A stretch of DNA of 64,000 bases from Carcharhinus amblyrhynchos (GCA_965287045.1 OZ336872.1:21576001-21640000); one strand, 5' to 3'. Counted from the stretch's first letter, positions 27,301 to 38,915 are shown. Made by a program: numbers and translations. The notes: generated from the sequence alone by a model not told the origin.

Positions 27301-28713
27301 TGCAATTTGCTTGGCATCAGCAAGCTGCATTAAAACTCTTAACGATTTCAAACCAAATTAGTATGCCCAAGAAGCTGAAAATTGGAAAACAGATGTGGTT
27401 AACTGATGTTCCACTAATTTCATGCACATCTAAATTCTGTGCAAACCAGAATGGAACTGTCAATCATAAAGGAATAAAATCATCATAACCACCAGAAGAG
27501 ACTGGACCTTAAATGGACTTCCATTTTATGTTGAATCTCTCAAAAACATTTCGGATAAAGGAAACTTTATTGGCACCAAAAAAAATTTTGATGGAAAAAC
27601 ATTACTGTGTTTACTTTGTATTTTTGGCACATGTTTGAAATGGTTGCAACACTTGTATGGGTCTATTTTTATTTCTGGAAAATCCCAAAATTTTTCACCA
27701 TCTTTTTGAAAACATTTTAGGGCAAATGAAGAAGAAAATCAAAAGCTCATAAAGTTCAGAAGAAAACCCAAAACAAAAGAAGGCTTAGAAAACTATTAGT
27801 CCTTTGTCTCCACTAGGTGTTCAACTTCACTCACTGAAAACCACAGCACTACAATGGAAAATTAAATGGCAAAATCAAAGAAATAAAGAAATCAAGCTGT
27901 CACTATTTTTAAAAAATGCCATTTGTAAGTTTATAATTTAAAAACAGAAACGCTGCTTTCCTTTGTTGCCTACTCTTAAACTTTTACTTGTGTTCAGGCT
28001 GTTACAGTAGTAACTAATTAACAGATTCAGGTTTAAAACATGAAGCTAATAGAGCTAGCATACAAGCACAAGATGGCTTGAGGGTTTTGCCAAATTATCT
28101 GAATCTACAAGTCAAATACACAGATCTCCCCCCACCGACCCCCAACAAGAAATTAACTGTGTGAATGAAGTCCCAAAAATGTGCAGCTTGAATTGATTTA
28201 GTAGTATGAGTACCCAACCAAATGTGGTTTATGAAATACTTTTGTCAAACAACCCTACATCACAAGAATAAAAAAAACACGCCATTGCCATTCCTTTTAA
28301 ACTGCACACACAGGGAAAGCCCAAAAGCTATACTATGGGGTTCATCTTTGATCATTACTGAACTCCCAACAGTACGACAAATATTGTGTACAACCCAAGT
28401 TACAATATAGTCTGATATACAAATTTTTTGATAAAAAGACTGGTTCAATCATGCTGTTTCAGCTCGAGGGAAAGAGGCACATCCTTCAATGTCAGAACTT
28501 TCTCAGAACTACACAGGAAATGATAAGCTAAACAAAGAGTGCAGACTGTGCAAGTACAACATGGCTCCTCAGACAAGGCAAGCTAATTTTCTTTGTTAGC
28601 GCGGCTGCAAATCTGGTAAGCTGGGGGGCGGGGGGGGGGGGTGGTGTGCAGGCAACTGGACACCGTATGTGTGACAAAGGAAGGAAGGTGAACCATTGTT
28701 TTAAATATATATG

Positions 28714-29325
28714 ACAAGCTAACTGAAATAAATACAATGTGTATATTTATACATACACACAACGTTAACAGCAACGAACACATTTTACACTCTTAGGGGA
28801 GGGTAAAAACAAATGGGGAGTCTGGCCTTTGAGGCAAAGGGTGTAATATATAGACTAAGTTAAGCAAATATTACACACAAGCTGAACGGCAACAGATTTT
28901 AGATTCTGAGGGGAGGGTAAAAACACGTTGGGAATCAAAGCAAAGGATGTAAAATATATATAAGACATGCTAAGCTTAGGAAATATATACATATACAATG
29001 TTAGCAACAGATTCAACATATTTTAGATGGGGGTAAAAACAAAGTTGAGTCAAAGCAAAGTATTATTTTTATATATATATATATAAGTTTAGGAAATATA
29101 TATATATATATATAAAAACAGCTACAACAGACCAACATATTTTGGAATAGTGAGGGAAGGATAGAAGCAAGTTGAGAGTCAAAGCAATATGACAGGATAA
29201 GCTTAGAAAATGTACACACACACACGCACGTTAGCAGCAACAGATCAACATACTTTAGATTGCGAGGGGAGGGGAGGGTAATAAACAAGTTGGGAGTCTT
29301 ACCTTCGAAGCAAAGGATGCCAATA
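28714..29325. repeat. Degenerate tandem array, about 5 x 110-135 bp, covering the exon 1/intron 1 boundary
   Basis: Recurring blocks aagct(t)aggaaa..(TA/CA)n..gcaacaga..tttaga..ggagggtaaaaaca.gttggga.tc..aagcaaag. The last copy contains the real donor. Confidence 0.85.
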
Positions 29326-29384
29326 TTGTTGCTCATCTTGTCCAAGTACTGATAGTTCAACAGGTCCATTTTCTTTAGTAGCAT
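29303..29384 (-). CDS. VGLL4: VGLL4-family coding exon 1 (MLLKKMDLLNYQYLDKMSNNIGILCFE-G)
   Basis: Translation is nearly identical to the vertebrate VGLL4 N-terminus as recalled (MLFMKMDLLNYQYLDKMNNNIGILCYEG). The exon is 82 nt from the ATG and ends GAAG|GTAAGA, phase 1. Confidence 0.95.
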
Positions 29385-30125
29385 TTACTGGGCAGCAAAA
29401 AGGCCAGCTGTTTGCTTCACCAGGATAGCGCGCTAACTGCTTTCCCTCCCCCTGTGCCGAGGCCCCAGCCTCTCTGATCCAAATCTTCGTTTTAAAAAAT
29501 AAAAGAAAAATATAGATAGATACGTGTGGGGTAACCGGCACACACACAAAAAAAAGGGGGGCAAAAACAAAAACAAAAACGCGGGCCCAGCGAAAAGGAA
29601 AAGGTTCTAATTTGTACCTCACAAGACGTTAAAAAAAAAACAAAATCTTTCTTCCCCACCGCCGCCACCGCCGGCCCCCCCTACCCCCTTTCACAGGCCA
29701 AAAACTCTTAAAAGCGGGCTCTTCATAGTGAGAAGACTGAGGGAGACGAGACGGGCCAGCTTTTCCCCCCCTCCCCTCACAGCCCCGCTGCAAGTTGTGA
29801 GTGCAGAGACATGCAGGCTATGCCTGGAATGACATCCTGTGTGTGTGAGAGAGAGACAGAGAGAGAGGGAGGGAGGGAGAGAGAGAGAGACACAGGAGAG
29901 AGAGAGAGAGAGAGCAACACCCAGCTTCCCTTCGCAGCCCAACCGCCAAGAACCAGCGAGCATGCTCACTCCCTCCCTCTGCCAACAGCCCCCCCCCCCC
30001 CGCAGCCCCATTCCAAAATGTCAGGGATTGTTCCTGCTTTCAGCACACACACACACACTCCAAAATGCACCAACAGACACTGTGTTTGTGTGTGTGTGTG
30101 TCAGTGAGAGGGAGAGAGAGAGAGA
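29385..30125 (-). promoter_or_regulatory. VGLL4 5' UTR and promoter region (CpG-enriched, GA/CA microsatellites)
   Basis: Directly upstream of the exon 1 ATG. Local CpG and GC enrichment (ccgccgccaccgccgg, gcgggccc) in an otherwise CpG-poor window, plus (GA)n, (GT)n and poly-C tracts. The TSS cannot be determined from sequence. Confidence 0.7.
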
Positions 30126-30126
30126 G

Positions 30127-31166
30127 GAGGGCAGTGCCAATCTTGTCTTCTGGACACCAAACATTGCTAGCTCTGCAAAAAAAAACAAAACCAAACAAAA
30201 GAAAAAAAATGAAGTAAACACACCAACTCACTACAACCCTTTTCAGGGCCTTGCTACTGGTTCTTGTTTAAGTTGTCCTGGTTTGTTTGAAAGAGTCCCA
30301 CTCTCCCACGCGTATGTGTGTATACAGGTTTGTTTGGAAGAGTCTCTCTCACACACAACACTTGTGCAAATAAAATAAAAACACTACAACACTTTTCGGG
30401 ATCTGCCACCTTTAGTTCTTGTTTAATTTGACTTGATTTTGTTTGAGTATCTCGCTCTCACACACACTGTATAGTGTTTGTGTGTGTATATATAGAAAGG
30501 AGGGCAGTGCCAGGCCTGCCCCCAAACAACAAATATTGCTGGCTCTGCAAAAACTAAAATAAAAACACACTCACTACAACCCTTTTCAGGCCTGCAAATG
30601 GTTCTTGTTGAAGTTGTCCTGATTTGTTTTAGTGTCTTTCACTCACACGTGTAAGAGAGTAGGACTCCTTCAAATAAACCAGGACAATTTAAACAAGAAC
30701 CAGCAGCAGGCCCTGAAAAGGGTTGTAGTGAGTTGGTGTTTTTACTTCATTTTTTGTTTAGTTTTGCAGAGCTAGCAATGTTTGGTGTCCAGAGACAGGC
30801 CTGGCACTGCCCTCCTCTCACACACGTGAGTGCATATATGTGAAGAAGAGAGGCCTGCCTCTGGACACCAAACACTGCAAATAAAAACACTGCAACCCTT
30901 TTCAGGGCCTGCTACCTTTAGTTCTTGTTTAGTTTGAGCTGATTTGTTTGAGTCTCTCTCTCTCTGTCTGTCTCACACACACACACACACACAAGCGTGA
31001 GAGTGTGTGTGTGTGAGAAGAAAGGAAGGCAGTGCCAGGCCTGCCTCTAGACAAACACTGCTGCTCTGCAAAAAAAAGTGACATGCTCACTACAACACTT
31101 TTCAGGGCCTGCTACCTTTGGTTCTTGTTTAATTTGTCTTCATTTGTTTGAACGAGTCCCTCACAT

Positions 31167-31201
<35 letters not shown>

Positions 31202-31468
31202 ATCAAGAGATATGGGAAGATGATGGGATCAGGACATTGAAGTTGATGATCAGTCATGATCGAAATGACTCGAGAAGCCAAATGACCTACTCCTGCTTCT
31301 ATTTTCAATGTGCAAGAAGAAAGGAGGGCAGTACCAGGCCTATCTCGAGACATCAAATATTGCTGGCTCTGCAAGCAAAAATAAAACACACTCACTACAA
31401 CCCTTCTTAAGGCCTACTATCTTTGGTTCTTGTTAAGTTTGTCTTCATTTGTTTGAAAGAATCTCACT
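30127..31468. repeat. Local array of about 7 copies of a 110-175 bp unit, one copy inverted
   Basis: Unit gagggcagtgccaggcctgcc..gctctgcaaaa..cactacaaccct tttcagggcctgctac..gttcttgttt..tttgtttga at about 30127, 30365, 30498, 30850, 31023 and 31321. The reverse complement is at about 30655-30818. Copies are separated by (CA)/(GA) tracts. Confidence 0.9.
31207..31310 (+). mobile_element. CR1 3' tail inserted within the upstream array
   Basis: gatcagtcatgatcgaaatg..gccaaatgacctactcctgcttctattttc. Similar to 53350-53460. Confidence 0.7.
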
Positions 31469-32909
31469 TACAAAAGAGATTTTCTATCACAAAATACACA
31501 CAGATGAGCGAATAGAAAGTATACTTTTTTCGTACGCTTGATGACTTGCAATATTTTAACTCTGGGGCTTTTCACATTTTGCAAGTAAACAAGTACAACC
31601 ATGAACAAGGAGTTGTGGTGGGACTGCATAACGATTACACCTACTTGGAAATATTTCAAGTTACAGGCAGGCACAAGCTTGATCCAATATTTTTATTGGA
31701 CTATGTGTAATTTTTTTCCGAATTTATTATTTTATCTCTGAGCCCATCCCGCCCTAGACTATTCCTGCAAAACAGTTTGTGACCAAAAGGTCAGGTATGC
31801 AGTTGCATCCAAATACCTGTAAGGAACCGGCCTCTGCCACTAACTCGCCCTTGAGGTGTAACCAAAAGAGTTGCAACCACAGCCATGCATCTGTGACAGT
31901 GAGCTGCGTTGCCCTTTCACTGTGTCCAGTGGCCAAAGCACAGAATTACTAAACTTGACTTTGTCTAAATGACCAACAAAGCATATCTACTGAAATATAG
32001 TTTTAGCTCATTTTAAAATACATTATTCAAATTTTACTTCTGTTTAAAAAGTCTTCCTCCAGCAGGTGATACCAAACTATTGTTTTCAATGCATGCGGGC
32101 AGGCGCTGGGCGGTGGGGGCGTCAAAGTACAAACAAATGTCTGGAGAAAAAAAGCAATCTGGCATTTTCTGATTTTTGCCATCAGAATCTTCTGAAATAC
32201 TGATTCCACTGGTTTGATATCATGATAGCTATAGAACAGAATTAAACAGAATTTGTTGAGCTGGTTGTAATGAAAATTAAAATACAAACTCACTATGCAC
32301 GCATATCAAATAGATGGAGCCTTTTTGAATGGGTACCAAATGGATAGTGTCACAATGGCCCAGAGTTGTCCTGTATCTCCTGGCATTTATACAGAGAGCT
32401 GCTAGATCAAGATGTGTGTCAAACCATGATGGAATCGACTCCGAATCGAGAGATTCCCAAATCACCATTAGGAGGTACGCTCACATCCCTTAGGCTCAGA
32501 CCTAAAGCTTTTGAACATTGTTGTCATTGAATCACTCGGACACCAACATTGATCCAACAGGATCATCCAATGAGTAGCTGATATATAGAGCAAGATGACG
32601 AGAGTTCAATCCCTGCCTGTGCTGAGTAAAATGGCATCAGGCAGGCTATTGTAGAAACACTACCATCGTCTCCAGTGCTTCTGGACTGGACCTTTTTGGT
32701 GCACTAGTAGGTTGTCTCAGAATCACTGAAAGAATCATTACAAGTGTCCCTTTTAGGACACCACCAACATAGGGAAGAAACAAAAGGGCTGGATTTGATA
32801 GAGTGCCGTGGTCCCAGCTAACCCCTCACCAGGCTAAATGGTTGCCCCAAAGCAACTTAATGTCGGGAGCAATGCAAGGTGAGACTCAGAAGGAAGTCCT
32901 GCCATGGTT

Positions 32910-33197
32910 TAAGTTTATTTATTAGTGTCACAAGTAGGCTTACATTAATATTGCAATGAAGTTAATGTGAAAAGTCCCTAGTCACCACACTCAGGCACCT
33001 GTTCAGGTACACAGAGAGAGAATTTAGCATAACAAATGCACCTAACCAGCACGTCTTTCAGACTGTAGGAGGAAACCGGAGCACCCGGAGGAGACCCATG
33101 CAGACACGGGAGAATGTGCAGACTCTGCACAGTCATGACCCAAGCCTGGAATTACACCCGGGTCCCTGGTTCTGTAAGGCAGCAGTGTTAACCACTG
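32910..33197 (-). mobile_element. HE1/V-type SINE
   Basis: Reverse complement of the 7869 family (aaagtttatttattagtgtcacaag...ggaaaccggagcacccggagg...cagtgttaaccactgt). Confidence 0.92.
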
Positions 33198-33618
33198 TAG
33201 GGAGAACTGCCAGCCTATTGGATGGCCAACAGTTCTGTAGTTGGGTCAGCAGAGCACCAACCACACCAAAGAGGACAAGTAAGTAAGTTGGGCTGAGGAA
33301 GGGATGTTGCAGTGGAGGGGTAGGGCTAGTTCAAGACGACACTGGGAAGTGTCATAAACATTTTACTCATGAAAAATAGTTCATCTTCAAGGACTAAGAA
33401 CATTTTGGAAGAACGTTTTTTTTTTAAAAATAGAAAACAATGATGAAGATTCTCCAGTCTCATTCACCCTACCACCGCTGCCAGCACGGATGGAGAATTT
33501 GGCACTCAGCCAAACTCCATTCACTGCAGCAGGTTTGGAGAATCCCAACCATGGGCAAGGTTGGAGAATTTCAGCTGCTATCCTTTAGAGGGTTATTGTA
33601 AGGATGCTGGTATTCCTC

Positions 33619-33908
33619 GGGCAGCACGGTAGCACAGTGGTTACTACTGCTGCTTTGCAGTGCCAGGGACCCGGGTTCAATTCTGGGCTCAGGTGACGGT
33701 GTGAATTTTGCACGTCTTCCCCATGTCTGCCTCCGGGTGCTCTGGTTTCTTCCCACACTCCAAAGATTGCAGGCAAGGTGGGTTGGTAGTACCAAGGGGA
33801 TTAGCAGGGTAAATGTGTGGGGTTACAGGGATAAGCCTGGGTGGTATTGTTGTCGATGTTGGCTCGACAGGCCAAATGGCCTCTTTCTGCACTGTAGGGA
33901 TTCTATGA
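33619..33908 (+). mobile_element. tRNA-derived SINE with CR1-like tail
   Basis: gggcagcacggtagcacagtggtta (A box), gggttcaattct (B box), tail ctgtagggattctatga. Confidence 0.9.
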
Positions 33909-33929
33909 ATAGACAGAGTTTTACATAAA

Positions 33930-34622
33930 AAGGTAATTAGGTAGTTTAAAAGAAGCTGGAAATTTTATGGACTGTTTTACAAAAGGGTCACATGGCGATT
34001 TATGGCTTCGAAAGAGATAAAATGCCTGGAAAACTGTTCAGAAGCTGGGTTTTGGTCGAGTGGAAAAATAGTCAACTGCTTTGGCAAAGAGCACATCAGC
34101 TCCTGAAACTTCAGAGCCAGTTCCAAAGCAGAGAGTGAATGGATTTGCTCCAAAATCGCTCTACTTTCTGAAATCGACTGTCTTGTGAACTTTTCTCAAA
34201 TCCACCTGAATAGTAGTACAAGGGTCATGAGAAACCAGCCATATAACCTTGGTGCCATTTCAAGGATTCCATCTACCCTTTTCCCTTGACACATTGACTT
34301 TTAACCTTTTTGGCAGAATTCTGCTACTTTCTTTGATTATCTGTTTTGGTGTATGAGAGAGTCAGTGGATTATTATTATATTTTCATACTGCATGTTTAT
34401 GGGCTTTGCCTTTCTACTTGAAAAGTGTGGTATTATATAATAAGTGAATAATTTAATTGCTTATTGAAGAAACCTGGACACAGAGTGGTTATTCTGAGAT
34501 TCATGGGTAAAGCATATATTTGGCCTTGCAACTAGCTGGAGAAATCATTTGAACATGTGTAATGACCATGGAGTAGTGAAACCAGCAACAGACAGTGCAC
34601 TGTTCCCATCTTGGTCAGAAGT
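33930..34622 (+). mobile_element. Possible degenerate solo LTR
   Basis: Block of LTR-like size with a T-rich interior and an end resembling fish LTR termini (gtgcactgttcccatcttggtcagaa). Termini are not clean. Confidence 0.3.
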
Positions 34623-34864
34623 GTTGGAGGGAGGAATTACGGTTTCAAAAGGGCACCTCGATGAATGTAAGGAGCCTACAAAGGATGACCCCCTCCTTTC
34701 CCAATGCCAGTTGGTACAGCTAAAGCTGCCAGGCTTTCTGCAAAGAAAGGGTTTTCACCCGCCACATGTGAAATACCCATAGTAGACATTAATTGGCCAC
34801 TTTCGAAGCTCAATAGGTCAGGGTGGGCAGGCCAAACTCAACCCTGCCCCCTGTAAATCAGATA

Positions 34865-35090
34865 CAGGGAGTAGTCTCACAACACCAGGTTAAAGTCCAA
34901 CCGGTTTATTTGGTAACACGAGCTTTTGGAGTGCTGCTCCTTCATTAGACGAGTGCCACACTTGAGGCTCAGCTGATGAAAGAGCAGCACTCTGAAAGCT
35001 TGCACTACCAAATAAACCTGGACGTTAACCTGATATTGAGAAACTACTTACTGGGTCTACCCCACTCCAACACCAGCAACTCCACGTCGC
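34865..35090 (+). mobile_element. Miniature inverted-repeat Penelope-like element with hammerhead-like core
   Basis: Perfect 10-bp TSD aaatcagata (34855-34864 and 35091-35100). Two inverted copies of the terminal sequence of the 37064 element. Core ctgatga-aagagcagcactct-gaaa. Confidence 0.85.
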
Positions 35091-36089
35091 AAATCAGATA
35101 GGGTCGGGGCGGGTGGATAGACAATGGGAAAACCACTCACTGGCTTTCGCATGCTGTCCCCACCCACCCCACCCTCAAACCCACCAGTGGATGAGCATAA
35201 AATTCAGCCCATAGGGTCTAATCAAACTAGGGGCAGCCAAAATAAACAAAGTCCTAACAAAAGCAAAGGAAACCTTCCCAGCTAAATCAAAATGTTGCTA
35301 TCAATAAGATAGTCTATATCCTGAGCTGCCTATAGTGCTTTGGGCTTGGTGGGAACAAGTGGGGAGTGATGGGAAAAATAAAATCAAGGTTCCTGCTTGA
35401 TTACCCAGTGACTCTTCCAGAATCCAAAAATAAAAAATCCAGGAAGAAATCCAATGGATATAAGTTAATGCTTTATCCCAGGCTTACAAAGACATCTTAC
35501 TTTTTTTTTAAAATGCATTTTGAACTCAGGGTTAAAAATTGCTCGTTAAATAACTTCTGCTTTTCCAACAGATGTCAGCCACATTTCAAATACTTCACTC
35601 AAAGCAGCTATTCTCTGCACAAATTAAGATAGTGAGTGCTGTCAGACTGCTTGATCATGATCGAAGCTCAACCCAATCCTCCCATCAGCTGACATCCATA
35701 CGCACACATACGTCCCTGCTAGTGATTACTGGATAGCAATCTGGAGCAAGAACCTTGGCTAGTTTTCTTCCTCTTTGTAGCTCAGGGGCATTGGGACCAG
35801 CTGTCTATTGCCTGGACTAAGATAAGTTACCTCAACACAGACTATAGATTGAACCTTTGACCTTCCTTGGTTTGTATGGTTCATGTCCTCACTGGGCCAT
35901 GCATTTAGCTGCAGATCCACGTTTTTTGAAAAAAAGGTTTCTGTGTTTTCAACCATTTTCCTTAACAGATTTTTGATGCGACATTTCCTCCCTTTCCTGA
36001 TGAGCTGACCTTTTCTTCATTGGAGAATGCAAAACAGTTTCCCACTTTAATGACAGTTCTCCTCACCTCCCAATTGATGGTGGCATTAA

Positions 36090-36290
36090 TACCATTCCTT
36101 TTGTCATTTAATCCTTCCTGCCTTCCACCCTGTCACAGATCTTTCCTTTTGTTCTTTCCTCGCCCCTTCACTGTACTTGCTTAAAACCGGTTATATTTCT
36201 AACTTTTCTCAGCTCTGATGAAAGAGCTGAGAAAACGTTTTCTCTCGCCACAGATGTTGCCTGACCTGCTGAATTTTACCAACATTTGAG
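36090..36290 (+). mobile_element. Penelope-related terminal repeat remnant
   Basis: ctgatgaaag..gaaaacgttt..ccacagatgttgcctgacctgctga. Same family as 1778-1882. Confidence 0.55.
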
Positions 36291-36747
36291 CTTTGCCTGA
36301 TGATAGTGGTATTTTACATATCCAGCATTTTCAATTATATAAAAAAAATCACTATGGGGATGGAACAGTGAAATATTATCCACCTAGAAGTAAGCACTTT
36401 GTAAACCTTTGCTCTTAAAAGAGGCAAAAGAAACAACAGAAAGCATCTGGGTTTAGAGTAACATTTGAAATTGGAACCACAGAAGGTGTGCAGCAGCACA
36501 ACCTAGAGGGAATATAGCAGAGACACAACAACAAATAGATGTATCTGCAACTTTATAATTCATACCCTTTTCGATTATTAAAAGCAAGTGTTTGTTTAAA
36601 AACAAGGTCAGGATTCCCATTCAGGTTGCTTTCAACAAGTCCTCTTCATATTTTCAAACCAAAGCTAGCTGGTAGTGAAATTTTAAAAGTCTACGTTCAC
36701 GTAAATCACGGAATCAGTTGAGACAGGTCGAGAAACGACAATCTTGT

Positions 36748-37063
36748 CATAGAGCAATAGAGCGCAGAAACAGGCCCTTCAGTCCATGCCGACCAAGGTG
36801 TCATCAAAGCTAGTCCCAATTGTCAACATTTGGCCCATATCCCTCTAATCCTTTGCCATCCATGTACTTACCCAAATGCATTTTAAATGTTGCTACTGAA
36901 CCTGACCCAACCACTTTCTCTAGTAGCTCATTCCACCTACGCACCACCCTCTGCGTAAAGTTGCCCCTCAGGCCCCTTTTAAATCTTTCACCTCTCACCT
37001 TAAACCTATACCTTCTAGTTTAGAATTTCCCTACCCTAGAAATAAGGCTGTGTGCGTTCATCC
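36748..37063 (-). mobile_element. CR1 LINE 3' end, interrupted by the Penelope insertion
   Basis: ORF 36810..36998 RGERFKRGLRGNFTQRVVRRWNELLEKVV..FKMHLGKYM. Confidence 0.9.
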
Positions 37064-38887
37064 GAGTAAGAAATCTCAACACCAGGTTAAAATCCAACAG
37101 GTTTATTTGGTAGTAACCACCACTAGCTTTTGGAGCACTGTCCCTTCGTCAGGTGAGTGGAGAGTTCTGATCCCAAACAGGGCATATAAAGGCACATGCA
37201 GTTTGCAGAATACGAGTCTGATTAGAATGCAAGTCTTTACTGCTAATCTGCCATTCAAGTCTTAAAAGGTGCAGACAATGAGAGTGAAGATAGCATTAAG
37301 TATAGATTAAAGAGATGTGTATTATCTCTAGACAGGACAGTGAGTGAGTGAGATGTTGCAAGTTCAGGCAAGTCATGGGGGTTACAGATAGTGTGACATG
37401 AACCCAAGATCCTGGTTGAGGCCGTCCTCATGTTTGCGGAACTTGGCTATCAGTTTCCGCTCAGTGACTCTGAGCTGTCGTATGTCGTGAAGGCTGCCTT
37501 GGGGAATGTTTATCCGGAGAAAGTCAGAGGCCAAACGCCTGTGACTACTGAAGTGTTCGCCAACAGGAAGGGAACAATCTTGCCTGGTGACTGTTGAGCG
37601 GTGTTCATTCATCCGTTGTCGTAGCGTCTGCATGGTCTCCGCAACGTACCATGCCTCGGGACATCCTTTCCTGCAGCGTATCAGGTAGACAACATTGGCC
37701 GTGTTGCAAGAATTTGTGCCACATACCTGGTGGATGGTGTTCTCACGCGAGATGATGGCATCTATGTCGATGATCCAGCATGTCTTGGAGACTGCCTTCA
37801 TAAGAGCAGGATATGGCGCTCGACTCATCAATTGACTGTTCCAACGCACCGCAATGAAAAACTGCACCAACCTCCTCAGAAGACAAACACGGGACATGGT
37901 GAACAGAGTACCGTTCGTTGTCCAGTACTTACTTCCCCAGAGGGGAGAAGCTATGGCATCTTCTCCGGAGTCTTTGTGTCATTGATGAAGACAAACATCT
38001 CACAGGGCCATTCCCACACCCCCACTTCTTGCCTTCAAACAACCGTACAACCTCAAACAGACCATTGTCCGCAGCAAACTACCCAGCCTTCAGGAGAACA
38101 GTGACCATAACACCACACAACCCTGCCACAGCAACCTCTGCAAGACATGCCGGATCATTGACATGGATGTCATCTTCTCACGTGACAACACCATCCACCA
38201 GGTACACGGCACATACTCTTGCAACTCGGCCAACGTTGTTTACCTAATACGCTGCAGGAAAGGATGTCCCAAGGCATGGTATGTTGGGGAGACCATGCAG
38301 ACACTACGACAATGGATGAATGAACACTGCTTGACAATTACCAGGCAGGACTGTTTCCTTCCTTTTGGCGAACACTTCAGCAGTCACAGGCATTCGGCCT
38401 CCGATCTTCGGATAAACATTCTCCAAGGCGACCTTCACAAAATATGACAGCACAAGAGTCGCTGAGCAGAAACTGATAGCCAAGTTCCACACACGAGGAC
38501 GGCCTCAACCAGGATCTTGGGTTCATGTCAGACCATCTGTAACCCCATGACTTGCCTGAACTTGCAACATCTCACTTACTGTCCTGTCTGGAGTCAATAC
38601 ATATCTCTTTAACCTATGCTTAATGCTATCTCCACTCACATTGTCTGCACCTTTAAGACTTGAATAGCAGATTAGCAGTAAAGACTCGCATTCTAATCAG
38701 TATTCTGTAAACTGTGTGCGCCTTTATATGCCCTGTTTGGGATCAGAACTTTCCACTCACCTGACAAAGGAACAGCGTTCCTAAAGCTAGTGGTGTTTAC
38801 TACCAAATAAACCTGTTGAACTTTAATCTAGTGTTGAGAGACTTCTTACTGTGTTTACCCCAGTCCAATGCTGGCATCTCCACATCA
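37064..38887 (+). mobile_element. Penelope-like retroelement (GIY-YIG endonuclease region) with an inverted partial duplicate
   Basis: + copy 37787-38887 encodes CKTC..NSANVVYLIRCRKGCPKAWYVGET..LRQWMNEH..VGEHF-like (GIY-YIG). Inverted copy at 37064-37786. Near-TSD tgcgttcatcc / tgtattcatcc. Frameshifted and 5'-truncated. Confidence 0.93.
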
Positions 38888-38915
38888 TGTATTCATCCTA
38901 TCAGAGAGATAATTT

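Larger units (their letters stand above)
32786..35210. mobile_element. Old TIR DNA transposon shell hosting nested insertions
   Basis: Left end gggctggattt matches the reverse complement of right end aaattcagccc at 10/11 positions. The interior is interrupted by SINEs, an LTR-like segment and a mini-Penelope. Confidence 0.5.

Noticed and set aside
29013-29384. 123-aa ORF starting at the VGLL4 ATG
   Set aside because: Only the first 82 nt are exon. The rest is read-through into the intron 1 repeat array past a consensus donor.
29691-30378. Overlapping ORFs of 63-179 aa with RE/SL/CV runs
   Set aside because: These are translations of GA/GT microsatellites in the promoter region.
30127-31468. 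Repeat-spacer look resembling a CRISPR array
   Set aside because: Eukaryotic context, long diverged units, microsatellite spacers and no cas genes.
37382-38447. GIY-YIG ORFs as a functional nuclease gene
   Set aside because: Frameshifts and stops, no RT core, flanked by a near-TSD: a dead Penelope copy.
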